Shown: positions 37,234-47,323 of the stretch, in pieces
How the letters are laid out: every line of letters begins with the position of its first letter
Position numbering within the stretch: position 1 is the first letter of the stretch
DNA from: Alkalispirochaeta sp.
GTDB lineage: Bacteria; Spirochaetota; Spirochaetia; DSM-27196; Alkalispirochaetaceae
Direction of reading: 5' to 3'
Assembly (NCBI GenBank): GCA_965601925.1
Contig: OZ271854.1
Location: 960,001 to 1,024,000, forward strand
DNA: 64,000 nt
The notes under the pieces: generated by a model
What the model saw: only the letters and a program-made list of their open reading frames with translations
Databases searched by the model: none
What the model was told of the DNA's origin: nothing
Position numbers and translations under genes: made by a program

Positions 37234-40005
37234 GTGAAGGGCGACTTTATACCGATCGATCTGTTGTGCGAACATCTATCGAACCCGCTGGGACTCGACA
37301 CCGGCGCGCCCAGGCTCAGCTGGCGTATCGCATCATCGCGACCGGGAGCGCGACAGACGGCGTATCGCATCCTTGCGGCGACATCTCGTGAGCGCCTCGA
37401 TAACGACGACGGCGACGTGTGGGACACCGGCCGCGTCGCGTCGGATATGACGCTTCACCACCGTTACGACGGCGCGCCGATACCTGCGTGGCGGCGGTGC
37501 TACTGGAAAGTGAAGGTGTGGAGCGAGGACGCTACGGAGTCACCGTGGAGTCGAACCGCGGAGTGGAGTCGCGCTCCCGGTAGCGAGCACGGTGAATCGA
37601 CGACGGCGCGCTGGATCTCATACCGCGTCGCGGCGGTGTCGCGGCGGCGATCGAGATTCGAAACCTGGGACCAAACGCGAGCTCGTGAGCTCGATTCACC
37701 GGTGAGCGCGCCGGCCGTACTCATGCGCCGCGAGTTCGAGCTACCCATTTCCCGGAATGCGGGGCCGCCGCGGAACAAACCCCAAGCGACGATAACCGTC
37801 GGTGGACTGGGTTACTACGAGCTGTTCATAAACGGAGAGAAGATCGGCGATCACGTGCTCGACCCCGTTTTTTCCGATTATCAACGTCGTGTCCACTACG
37901 TCACCTACGAGGTCGGGGACCGCATCGTCGAGGGCAGCAACGCGATCGGAGTCGTTCTCGGCAACGGGTTTTACCATTCGCCGACTCCCGACCTCTTCCA
38001 GATGGAGCGAGCCAACTGGAAGACGCCGCCGAAGCTCGTGGTTCACCTCCATATCGAATCGCCCGGCGCAACGTTCGACCTCGTCACCGACGCCTCGTGG
38101 AGGTGGTCTACCGGCGCAATACGGTTCAACAGTATTCGCGCCGGAGAGACGGTCGACCGACGGCGATCGTTAGAGGGCTTTTCCCGCGTCGGATTCGACG
38201 ACGGCGCGTGGAGGGCGGTCGTCGAGGTTGCGCCTCCGGTGGGAAAGCTCGCCGCGCAGCGCATGCCGCCCATGCGCATCACCCGCACCGTGACGCCGAT
38301 CGCGCACACCGAGCCGCGGCCGGGTCTCCGGCTCTTCGACTTTGGGGAGAACCTCACCGGCTGGGTCGAGCTGACGGCACGGGGAAGCGAGGGCGACGAG
38401 ATACTACTCGACCATAACGAGGCACTCGCCCCCGACGGAACACTCGATACACGCTACAGTGCGACGCACACCGGCGGCCGCTTTCAGCAGGATCGGTTCG
38501 TCTGCCGGGGAGGGGGACCGGAGCGTTTTGAGCCCCGTTTCACCTACCATGGATTCCGTTACGTCCAAGTCGAAGGAGGTTCCGGGATACCCGATATCGA
38601 GAAGGTACGCGCAAAGGCGGTCCATACCGATCTGACGACTGCGGGCTCCTTCGAGTGCTCCGACGACAGACTCAATCGGTTGCACGGGGCGGTTCGCCGC
38701 ACTCTCCTCAACTCGATTCACGGTATGCCCGGCGAAGAGCCGACGCGCGAAAAGATGGGCTGGACCTTTGACGCCGGCATGGCGACGATGGAAAGCTATC
38801 TGTTCAACTTCCATGCAGTTACGACGTACGAGAAATATCTGTGGGATCTCATCGACGCCCAGGAAGCGGGCGGCCACATTCCGCCGATCGTGCCGACCAA
38901 CGGGTGGGGTCTCCTCGGCACCGACGGACGGCCGATCGCCTACGACGACCCGTGGTGGGGCGGTACGATCTTCTACGTCGCGTCGACGCTGTACCGATTC
39001 ACCGGCGACGGAGTCTTCTTGGAACGCGCCTACGATCCGATGCGCCGTTACCTCGATTTTGTCGCGAGTACGGCGCGCGACGGTCTGATCGAGTGGGGAC
39101 TGGGAGATTGGCTGGACATGGGCCAGGAGTCCGACGCGCCGGGCCCGGGCCTCACTCCGGTGGCACAGACGTCGACCGCGGCCCTCTTCTGGATGTACAC
39201 GGTGCTCGCCGACACGGCGCGTCTCACGGGGCGCGTCGAGGACGCCGAGCGCTATAGGGCCGAGGCACGAGAGGTGGCGAAGCGCTTCAACGCGACGTTT
39301 CTCGATCCCTCGACCGGCTGGTATCATCCGGGGTCACAAACGGCGCAGGCGCTCCCGTTGGCCCTGGGACTGGTACCGGACACACACATTCCGGCGGTGA
39401 GAGCGCGCCTCGTGGAGGCGATCGACGGCGCCGGCGGACACATCTCGAGCGGGTTTATCGGTGTCAATCCGCTACTCAACTATCTGTCCGAGAACGCCCT
39501 TGCCGAGGCGGCGTACGGTATCGTTACCCGGGAGGAGAGTCCCGGCTGGCTTCACATGCTCACCGGCGAGCGGGCTACGCTGGGAGAGAATCTCAATCAA
39601 CGGGGGTACGGCACCGGCCACCACCCCTTTGGGGCGTGCGTCGGTTTCTGGCTCTATCGGTACGCCCTCGGCATCGCTCCCGATCGCGACGGTGGAGCGT
39701 TACGGAACGGCGCGGGCTTCAAACGTTTCACCCTGCGTCCCGCCCTCATTACCGCGATCGAGTGGGCCTCTGGCCGCTACGAGTCGCTCCACGGACCGAT
39801 CACGCTCGAATGGCGTCGTGTCGGCGAGGACCGATGCGAGGCGCGAGCGGGCGTCCCTCCCAATACCACGGCTCGCGTGGAGTTTCCCGTACGCGCAGAA
39901 GGAACGGTGCGTATAAACGGGGAGCGCCGCGGCGCGGTCCGTCCCGTCGATCTGGGGCCCGGCGACCATCGTCTGCTGATCGACGGAATCGCGCCCTACT
40001 CGTAG
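37234..40005 (+). CDS. Alpha-L-rhamnosidase-like glycoside hydrolase family 78
   Basis: CEHLSNPLGLD..PRLSW, LGYYEL, DFGENLTGW, FTYHGFRYV, GDWL, SQTAQA; SD GGAGG. Confidence 0.88.
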   Translation: MKGDFIPIDLLCEHLSNPLGLDTGAPRLSWRIASSRPGARQTAYRILAATSRERLDNDDGDVWDTGRVASDMTLHHRYDGAPIPAWRRCYWKVKVWSEDATESPWSRTAEWSRAPGSEHGESTTARWISYRVAAVSRRRSRFETWDQTRARELDSPVSAPAVLMRREFELPISRNAGPPRNKPQATITVGGLGYYELFINGEKIGDHVLDPVFSDYQRRVHYVTYEVGDRIVEGSNAIGVVLGNGFYHSPTPDLFQMERANWKTPPKLVVHLHIESPGATFDLVTDASWRWSTGAIRFNSIRAGETVDRRRSLEGFSRVGFDDGAWRAVVEVAPPVGKLAAQRMPPMRITRTVTPIAHTEPRPGLRLFDFGENLTGWVELTARGSEGDEILLDHNEALAPDGTLDTRYSATHTGGRFQQDRFVCRGGGPERFEPRFTYHGFRYVQVEGGSGIPDIEKVRAKAVHTDLTTAGSFECSDDRLNRLHGAVRRTLLNSIHGMPGEEPTREKMGWTFDAGMATMESYLFNFHAVTTYEKYLWDLIDAQEAGGHIPPIVPTNGWGLLGTDGRPIAYDDPWWGGTIFYVASTLYRFTGDGVFLERAYDPMRRYLDFVASTARDGLIEWGLGDWLDMGQESDAPGPGLTPVAQTSTAALFWMYTVLADTARLTGRVEDAERYRAEAREVAKRFNATFLDPSTGWYHPGSQTAQALPLALGLVPDTHIPAVRARLVEAIDGAGGHISSGFIGVNPLLNYLSENALAEAAYGIVTREESPGWLHMLTGERATLGENLNQRGYGTGHHPFGACVGFWLYRYALGIAPDRDGGALRNGAGFKRFTLRPALITAIEWASGRYESLHGPITLEWRRVGEDRCEARAGVPPNTTARVEFPVRAEGTVRINGERRGAVRPVDLGPGDHRLLIDGIAPYS

Positions 40006-40030
40006 GCGGTGGGTCGGATGCCGCAACGGA

Positions 40031-41677
40031 TCACGCACGGTCATCGCGACGCGGGCGAGTCATGAACTCCCTGGGTGTGCACCCGGTGAGCCGTTTGAAA
40101 CAGTTAAAAAAGTACGTATAGCTGTGAAAACCGCAACGATAGCTCACCTCTTTGATGTTGTTCTCTCCCAGGCGAAAGAGCTCTTTGGCACGCGCGATGC
40201 GGGTGCGGTTGAGATACTCGGAAAAACCGACGCCCACCTCTCTCTTGAAGAGTTTACTTAGGTAGGAACTATGTATCCCCAACTCGTCGGCGATGTCGTA
40301 CTCCTTGAGCTGTTCCGCGAAGCGACGCCTCACGATAAGCACCGCGTCTCGGACGTGAGGAGAGTAGGAGCCGAACTCGGCGTCGTCCACGAGGGAGAGG
40401 AGCTTGGCGAAGAGCGACGAAAATCGATCGTGAATCTCGTCAAGCGTCTCCAGCGTATCGAGCGCATCGTGGGGCGGCCGATCGTCTTCGAAAAGGTCGT
40501 TCAGTTCGATGGTATGCGCGAGGCACAGGCGATGGAGCACACTGTGCAGGTCATTGAAGAGCATCTGACTGCGCGATCGATCGAGGCCGCCACGACGCAG
40601 AGTACGAAAAAGGGTCGAGATGCGCCTCTCGACCCGTTTTGCGTCGCACGACTCAACTGCGGCGACGAGGTCCTGTTCCGACTCGACGTCCAGCGAGACC
40701 CACCCGGTGGCGTCGGCGATTTCCGCCGCTTCGGAGAGGGCGTCCTTACCGAGAAGAAACTTCCCCTTGAGCGCCTCCTCGGCCTCCCGGAAACTGCGCG
40801 GAATCTCCGCCGCGGCGCGGACGAGAGAACCGTACCCGAATGAGACGCCGGTATCCACGACGTTTTTGATACACCCTCTGATACGTTCCAACAGAGTGCG
40901 TACGTGGTGGCGATAGTATTCGTCGTCCCCTCTATCGATCAGCCGCCTCGGCGGTGAAAGGAGCAGGAGGTAACGCTCCGGGGCAATCGGGATGATGGTA
41001 CCCTTCGACTGTTGGTCGATAATCTCCTGTCCCAACGTAAGAATCGATCGTTCGACCATCACCAGTGTCGGTCCGTCAAGGGCGGCGGCAAGCTTGTAAA
41101 AGTCGTCAATCTCCATCAATACGAGGACGGCACCGCTCGGGTCTACCGGAATACCGAACGTCGCGCCGGCATCGACCAACTCTTGGTCCGACACAAACGC
41201 GCCGGTGGTGAGTAGCTCGACGAATCGTCGCCGCGCCGCACGGGAGTCAAGCTTGGACGAGTCGTTCGTCGCCTCACGCCCGTTCATCGCCGGGCGTTGC
41301 GTCGAGAGACGGGCCGCCGCCGCTCGAAGCGTCTCGGTGAGCACGGATGGAGTGAGGGTATGCTTCAAGATGTAGTCGCCGGCGCCGTTACGGAAGGTGG
41401 AGCGTGCGTACTCGAAGTCGTCGTAGTTGCTCAGGACGATGAGAAGCGTCTCGGGATGGCGTTCACGCAGCGCCGCCGACAGCGCTACGCCGTCCAATCG
41501 CGGCATGCGAATGTCGGAAAGGACGATATCGGGGCGTTCGCGCTCGATCCGATCCAACGCCTCCACGCCGTCGGACGCCTCGCCGCAAAGAACGAACTCG
41601 TCGCCGGCCTCCTCGATCATCATCTTCATCTTGGTGCGCATGAGCGCATCGTCGTCTACCAACACGATCTTATACAT
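40031..41677 (-). CDS. YesN-type response regulator (REC + AraC HTH)
   Basis: IVLVDDD, DIRMPRLDG, YLSKLFK, YFFNCFKR. Confidence 0.92.
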   Translation of the reverse strand: MYKIVLVDDDALMRTKMKMMIEEAGDEFVLCGEASDGVEALDRIERERPDIVLSDIRMPRLDGVALSAALRERHPETLLIVLSNYDDFEYARSTFRNGAGDYILKHTLTPSVLTETLRAAAARLSTQRPAMNGREATNDSSKLDSRAARRRFVELLTTGAFVSDQELVDAGATFGIPVDPSGAVLVLMEIDDFYKLAAALDGPTLVMVERSILTLGQEIIDQQSKGTIIPIAPERYLLLLSPPRRLIDRGDDEYYRHHVRTLLERIRGCIKNVVDTGVSFGYGSLVRAAAEIPRSFREAEEALKGKFLLGKDALSEAAEIADATGWVSLDVESEQDLVAAVESCDAKRVERRISTLFRTLRRGGLDRSRSQMLFNDLHSVLHRLCLAHTIELNDLFEDDRPPHDALDTLETLDEIHDRFSSLFAKLLSLVDDAEFGSYSPHVRDAVLIVRRRFAEQLKEYDIADELGIHSSYLSKLFKREVGVGFSEYLNRTRIARAKELFRLGENNIKEVSYRCGFHSYTYFFNCFKRLTGCTPREFMTRPRRDDRA

Positions 41678-43472
41678 AGCGGGATACCTCGGCGACGGTG
41701 ATGCGCGGTACCGCAACCTCTACCTCAGTATAGCGGTGCTCCTCGCTTAGTATCGTCACGCCGTAAGCGTCACCGAAGTGGGCACGAATCCGACGAGCGA
41801 CGTTCAACAGACCCACCGCCCCTTCACCGCGTTCCGCGGCGGTCGTTGGGAGTGATGCAGCCTCGGCGGCAAGAACGCGTCGAAGCTCCGCCAGGCGCCG
41901 ATCAGGCACGCCGACACCGTCGTCCTTCACGCGTATCCGCAAGCGTTCACCGTCGACGAAAAACTGAAGAACGATGCGTCCGCTCCCCTCTTTGGCGGCG
42001 ATACCGTGGATGAGGGCGTTTTCGACCAACGGTTGTATGAGGAACTTGACGACCAACAGATCGCGAGCGGCCGGCTCAACGTCGAAGGTGACCTCGAACT
42101 TGTTGGCGTACTTAAACTCCTGGATATAGAGATAGCTTCGTAGACAGTGCATCTCCTCCTCGACGGTGATAAAGAGAGTATCGCGCTTCACGGCCACGTG
42201 GAGCAGGCTCGACAGGGCGTCGGTCACCCTTCGAATGTTCTCCGCCCCCTTTAGGGAGGCCAGAAAATTGATCGTCGTCAGCGTGTTTTGCAGAAAGTGC
42301 GGGTTGATCTGGTTCTGGAGCACCTCGATCTCCGCGTTGCGCTTCTGTCTCTCACTCTCCTTGACCTCGACCACGAGACGCTGTATACGCCCGATCATCG
42401 CCTCAAATTGACCGAAAAGCTCCCCCACTTCGTCGCGAGAACGGATCGCCGCCGGAATGGAGAGGTCGTACTCGCCGGTGGTCTGCATGATCTTGTTCAA
42501 CGTGACGATATCACGACTGATGAACGAAGAGAGGCCGAAGGTCATGACCAGTGCGGCGAGGCAGAACAGAAGCGATATGGCAAGGGCCGTTCTGCCGGTA
42601 CGTGCAAAATCGGCCAAGAGCGTATCCTTCGGTATGAATCCGATCGTCGTCCATCGCGTGTAGTCTGAAACGAGGGTCACGACCAAATACTCCCTCCCCC
42701 GTACCGTCGCGTAGAGCGCGGACTGGGTCGAGAGAGTTTGCACCGCCGTATCGGCGACCACGCCGGCGAGGTCGTCGTCGTCGGGACGGAAAATCGTCTC
42801 GCCGGTGGTGGTGTCCGCGATGGCGATCGTACCTCCGTAGGGTAGATTGGCACTAAACGTATCCAGCAGGACGTCGCACCATATATCTCCTTTTACGAAT
42901 CCGATGGGTCGTCGCGCCTCGTACACCGGACGCACGACCGAAAGCACCATCTGCCGATAGTCGATCTCCCCCGATCGGCCGCCGGTGGGTTGATTGTAGT
43001 GGGGCGGAATAAAGATCGTCGCATTTCCGGCGGCGAGAATGTCATCGTACCAGTCCTCCGCGCGGAGTGCCTCGTGCGGCAGGACGGTGCCGTAGCCGAA
43101 CTCAACCCCGTCGAATCCGACTAACTGGAGCGCGCTGAAGTAGCGATTGAACGCTCCGGACAGCCGGAGAAATAGATCCTCCATCGTACGCATATCCGCC
43201 AAACGTTGAGAGTTGGACTCGTAGTCTTGGGCAAGCAGGGGGACGATGAGCTCGCCCTGATCCAATGCGATGAGGGAGACCACCAGACTCATCTCCTTCA
43301 GCGTCTCCTCGAGGCGCTCGTTGGATATCCGGATGATTTCGGAGACGTATTCGATCGCCGCGCGTTCGGCGTTCTGCGCGTTGGTGCGATACCAGATAAA
43401 GGCGATCGTACCGGCGAAGAGTACGAGCAGAAAAAAGACGGAAAGCGATATCTTGTTGCGGATGCTTCTCAT
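41670..43472 (-). CDS. YesM-type sensor histidine kinase (extracellular sensor domain, HAMP)
   Basis: LQNQINPHFLQNTL, QPLVENALIHG, DDGVG. Confidence 0.92.
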   Translation of the reverse strand: MRSIRNKISLSVFFLLVLFAGTIAFIWYRTNAQNAERAAIEYVSEIIRISNERLEETLKEMSLVVSLIALDQGELIVPLLAQDYESNSQRLADMRTMEDLFLRLSGAFNRYFSALQLVGFDGVEFGYGTVLPHEALRAEDWYDDILAAGNATIFIPPHYNQPTGGRSGEIDYRQMVLSVVRPVYEARRPIGFVKGDIWCDVLLDTFSANLPYGGTIAIADTTTGETIFRPDDDDLAGVVADTAVQTLSTQSALYATVRGREYLVVTLVSDYTRWTTIGFIPKDTLLADFARTGRTALAISLLFCLAALVMTFGLSSFISRDIVTLNKIMQTTGEYDLSIPAAIRSRDEVGELFGQFEAMIGRIQRLVVEVKESERQKRNAEIEVLQNQINPHFLQNTLTTINFLASLKGAENIRRVTDALSSLLHVAVKRDTLFITVEEEMHCLRSYLYIQEFKYANKFEVTFDVEPAARDLLVVKFLIQPLVENALIHGIAAKEGSGRIVLQFFVDGERLRIRVKDDGVGVPDRRLAELRRVLAAEAASLPTTAAERGEGAVGLLNVARRIRAHFGDAYGVTILSEEHRYTEVEVAVPRITVAEVSRYV

Positions 43473-43610
43473 GTCACCTCGTGTTGCGATGCGACGCCGT
43501 CAGGGTACCGGAAGGGGAGAGGATTATGCAAGGAGCCGGTTCGATGTGGGCTTCCGTGACGCCCCGGACGAGGCAACGGCCCGATCCGGAGTCTCGCGCG
43601 CTACGGCGCG

Positions 43611-44165
43611 TTATCGAACGTCGAATCCCGCCATCTCGGCCAACGTGAGCACGGTGCGCCAGTTGCGCGTCGTTGCCGGAGAGCCTGCGGCACGATCCAG
43701 GACCGCAGGCGAGAGCTTCGAACGCCCGCTGCCGCCGGCGTAGTGAATCCACAACGCATCACCGACACGAGTAACGCGCTCGTCGTCGGCGGCGCGATCG
43801 AGAAGCATCTCAACCGCACCGTCGCGCGGCGGCGCCCCGCACAGAGCGAGCATCACCAGATTGGGCTCGGTACGAGATGCGCCCGGGTACGGATTCTCCG
43901 CCACATACTTCGCCCACCGGGCGGCGGTGCGAACGATGACCGATACGTCCAGTCCAAAACGGCTCCCGATCGCGCTCTCGAGTTCCCGCGCGTGGTCGTC
44001 GGGCTCTCCAACGGCTCTATACACGACATTGCCGCTTTGAATGTAGGTTCGCACCTCACGCCACCCGATGTCGGTACACAGCGCGCGCAGTTCCGCCATG
44101 GGAATTTTGTTATGCCCGCCGACGTTGATGCCCCGCAACAACGCGATACACCGGGAACGCTCCAT
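43611..44165 (-). CDS. DUF1697 family protein
   Basis: ALLRGINVGG, TYIQSGNV, TTRNWRTV. Confidence 0.88.
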   Translation of the reverse strand: MERSRCIALLRGINVGGHNKIPMAELRALCTDIGWREVRTYIQSGNVVYRAVGEPDDHARELESAIGSRFGLDVSVIVRTAARWAKYVAENPYPGASRTEPNLVMLALCGAPPRDGAVEMLLDRAADDERVTRVGDALWIHYAGGSGRSKLSPAVLDRAAGSPATTRNWRTVLTLAEMAGFDVR

Positions 44166-44285
44166 CTCGGATCATGATACAAGGCGCATCACGCACGACG
44201 CAACGCCGACGAGAATGCCGAGGTCGTCGCGCTCTACCGACGGAGGGTGTCTTTTTCGCCGCCGACGCCTATTATGAGTAGTGTT

Positions 44286-44765
44286 ATGGCACATCGTATC
44301 GTAAAGATAGGCGGATTCATCGTCGGTGCGTTGTTCGTGCTCGTTGTCGGAGTGCTCGCTGCGGCGCGCCTTACGATGCCGTCGCGACAAGAAGTGGCGG
44401 TCGGCCCCGTCGCCGGCGCATTACGCACCTGCCCGGACACACCCAACTGCATATCGTCACTCGACGACCGTACCGATAGCCGCGTACCGTCGATCACCTA
44501 CTCCGGAGACGCCGCTCTCGTTATGGAGAGGGCCGGCGCCGTCCTACGCTCCTTCGGCAACGTGACGATCGTGGAGGAACGGGACGACTATATCCACGCC
44601 GAGGCGCGAAGCTCCCTGTTCGGATTCGTGGACGACGTGGAGCTCCATCTCGACGACGAGAGTTCCGTGCTGCACTTTCGATCCGCATCGCGCGCCGGAC
44701 ACTCGGACCTCGGAGTCAATCGAGAGCGGTACGAGGCCTTTCGCGAAGCGTTTTCCACGTACTGA
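44286..44765 (+). CDS. DUF1499 family protein
   Basis: CPDTPNCISS, FGFVDDVE, RSASRAGHSDLGVNR; start uncertain. Confidence 0.88.
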   Translation: MAHRIVKIGGFIVGALFVLVVGVLAAARLTMPSRQEVAVGPVAGALRTCPDTPNCISSLDDRTDSRVPSITYSGDAALVMERAGAVLRSFGNVTIVEERDDYIHAEARSSLFGFVDDVELHLDDESSVLHFRSASRAGHSDLGVNRERYEAFREAFSTY

Positions 44766-44777
44766 AGGCGATGTCGC

Positions 44778-45332
44778 TTAGCGCTCCGCGTCCCACAAGC
44801 CGGGATAGGCGCGAACAAAGCCCACCTCGTCGGCTTCGAGGACTCCCGTGTAGCCGAAGCTCGGCGCCTCGTAATAGTAGGTCGTATCTCCCCGCCGTTC
44901 GTAGCGTTGAGGCAGCACCTGTAGGCTCGCGGTCTCCACATCGAACCAGGCGGCCGTCAGGTCCGCCGCGTCTCCCACCGCGAGGGACAGACGCCTCAGC
45001 GAGATGAGGTTCGTTGCCGGGGTAAATCCCAGATCGAGATCATCGCAATGGTCCAAGCCCGCCGCGATGGCGCCGTTGACGGCCCAACTGCCGATATCCA
45101 ATCGCACGATGTCGACCTTGACCGAGTCGTTCCCGATCCAGCCGCGAACGTGGCCGCGCTTGGTGCGCCAGTCGGCGTCGCATAACACGCGATAGGACAA
45201 CTGGGTAGCGTGTCCGTTGTGCCGAAACACCGCCGTACCTTCGAGCTCACGGTTGAACATGCTGCTCTTGAGGCGACACGCGTCGTGTCCCGGCGCGTCC
45301 AGTCTTCGCCATAATACCGACTCACCGGCCAT
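44778..45332 (-). CDS. Putative glycolipid-binding domain protein
   Basis: WRRLDAPGHD, DLDLGFTPATN, QRYER, GFVRAYPGLW. Confidence 0.8.
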   Translation of the reverse strand: MAGESVLWRRLDAPGHDACRLKSSMFNRELEGTAVFRHNGHATQLSYRVLCDADWRTKRGHVRGWIGNDSVKVDIVRLDIGSWAVNGAIAAGLDHCDDLDLGFTPATNLISLRRLSLAVGDAADLTAAWFDVETASLQVLPQRYERRGDTTYYYEAPSFGYTGVLEADEVGFVRAYPGLWDAER

Positions 45333-45437
45333 GTACTACTCCCCTCCTAAACGGATTCGACGTTCACGCATCTGGTTACCACCATACACGGAAAGCGCCG
45401 GTAATCAAACAGAGTTGCCGTAGCGGCCGAGTGCGCG

Positions 45438-45965
45438 TCACCGATCGGCGTGCACGACGAACACATCTCGCAGTACGCCGCCGGGGCGCTCGACTGTCTT
45501 CAGTTTTCGCATACCGACGGCCACGGCGACTTTGGCGGAGGCGATGTTGTCCGGATGTATCAGAGCGACCAGTCTGTCGATTGAGAAGTGGGAAAAGGCG
45601 TACGCTTTCAACGCCGTCGCGATTTCGGTGGCGTATCCATTTCGCCAAACGCGGGGATCGATGATGTAGGTCAGATCAATTTCGACGACGCCGTCGATCT
45701 CCTTGTCTACATATCCGCAATGGCCGACGGCATGTCCCGATCGCTTTTCTTCGAGCACCCACAAATCATAGGTATGTTCCGTCGGCCGCCGTGCCGTTTT
45801 CTCGAACTCAGTGTTCAATCGATCGCGATCACGAGGCCCTCCGATGAACCGGGTGACCTGCGGATTCGACCACAAATCGCACAGAAAGGCGATATCGGCA
45901 AGGGTTTGGTATCGTAGGATGAGTCTTTCGGTCTCCAGAATCGGATCGTTATGGCGGCCGTCCAT
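45438..45965 (-). CDS. GNAT N-acetyltransferase (RimJ/RimL-like)
   Basis: LETERLILR, WRNGYATE, NIASAKVA. Confidence 0.85.
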   Translation of the reverse strand: MDGRHNDPILETERLILRYQTLADIAFLCDLWSNPQVTRFIGGPRDRDRLNTEFEKTARRPTEHTYDLWVLEEKRSGHAVGHCGYVDKEIDGVVEIDLTYIIDPRVWRNGYATEIATALKAYAFSHFSIDRLVALIHPDNIASAKVAVAVGMRKLKTVERPGGVLRDVFVVHADR

Positions 45966-46164
45966 ACCGAGACATCTCCTCGTCTTACGCGTCGATCGGC
46001 GATTAAGGGCCGCCCGGAAGCGACCGACGATGTCCGCCCGCATCGATCGTCGCGGTTTGCGCCCCTACACTCTTATCACACATTACGTCTCGAGGCGACC
46101 CAACGGTATGAGAACCCCGTGCGGAGTATTTGCCGAGGAAGGCCGGTAGCCAACCGTCGCGACG

Positions 46165-47103
46165 CTATCGATTCCGACCGCCGATGGGGCGCGTAAAATC
46201 TACGACCAGCGTTATGTCGGGCTCTCCCTCGAGCCAACGGTGCGAGACGTAGGTACCGGCGAGGGCTACGAGTTGTAGATTCCAGTTCCGTCGCAACGCC
46301 CTCGTATACACTGAAGCGGCGGCCAGTTTCACGTTTCTCCGGTCGGCGTCCGGTACGCCGTCGACGGTACTGTTGACTCCGACGAGCAGGCCGGGAGTCG
46401 CAGCGTAGAACACGAATGAGTTGTTTTGGATCCAGACGCCGCGCTCATTGAGCACCTCGTCTATTCCGCCTCCGCCGTCCAAGAAGAAGTCGAAATCATC
46501 GTCGTCGCTTGCAAAGGTGCGATAGTCGACCCACGTCATTTGGATGGTGTGACTCGCGACAAAACGACGCATCGCAAACTTGAAACGCGGTGCGACACGA
46601 ATGATCGTGCCGCCCTGAGTCGTGTACCGATTCGAGATGTCATCGGTCGGATCCTCGTCGTAACCGGTGAGTCTATAGTAGCCGGCGCCGTCGAGGAGCC
46701 CGTCGTACTGCACTTGATATCCGACCGACGCCGTCACGTCGAATGCGGCGATCGGCTCGAAATAGACGTAGGCCGCCACATCGTTGAACACCGGCGCCCA
46801 CCTATTCGTCAGTCCCACCTCGATGCGTGCCGGATCCCATAACGGCCCGGTCGCATCGATGATCGGACGCTGATACCATGCCCGAGCACCCAGCGCCGCA
46901 CGCGGTCCGTCGGTAATGTTGTAGAGCCCGTTTATCGAGGTCCCGAGAAAGAAGCCATCCGCCGGTTCTCGACCATCTGACTCTTGCGCGCTCCCCGGCG
47001 TCGGTACGGCGAGTATCACCACTGCGCACACGACCCATACAAACACTCGTCGCCGCACGTGAGCAACTCCGTTGTTCCGTCTCAGCACTATCGTTTCGTC
47101 CAT
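46165..47103 (-). CDS. Secreted hypothetical protein, possible outer-membrane beta-barrel
   Basis: Signal peptide ending SAQE; alternating aromatic/hydrophobic beta-strand pattern; SD GAGG. Confidence 0.55.
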   Translation of the reverse strand: MDETIVLRRNNGVAHVRRRVFVWVVCAVVILAVPTPGSAQESDGREPADGFFLGTSINGLYNITDGPRAALGARAWYQRPIIDATGPLWDPARIEVGLTNRWAPVFNDVAAYVYFEPIAAFDVTASVGYQVQYDGLLDGAGYYRLTGYDEDPTDDISNRYTTQGGTIIRVAPRFKFAMRRFVASHTIQMTWVDYRTFASDDDDFDFFLDGGGGIDEVLNERGVWIQNNSFVFYAATPGLLVGVNSTVDGVPDADRRNVKLAAASVYTRALRRNWNLQLVALAGTYVSHRWLEGEPDITLVVDFTRPIGGRNR

Positions 47104-47208
47104 ACGTACCTCTCATTGCGTGTAATACGAAAGCGGAAGACTCCTCCGAAGCGTAACGCGCAACGGAAAACATTCGTTCTTCGCGGTGAAAGGTACACAA
47201 GAGCTTCA

Positions 47209-47241
47209 ATCTTGACAATGTAAAATTTACGCCGTCAAGAT
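47209..47241. promoter_or_regulatory. Dyad symmetry element upstream of 46165..47103
   Basis: ATCTTGAC-aat-GTAAA-a-TTTAC-gcc-GTCAAGAT. Confidence 0.45.
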
Positions 47242-47323
47242 CGACCGCACGAGTGATTGCTCAGGCGTACGCGACCACGCGGCGGAACGTCACGCCACGC
47301 CTTATAATTACTCTACGCTTCTT

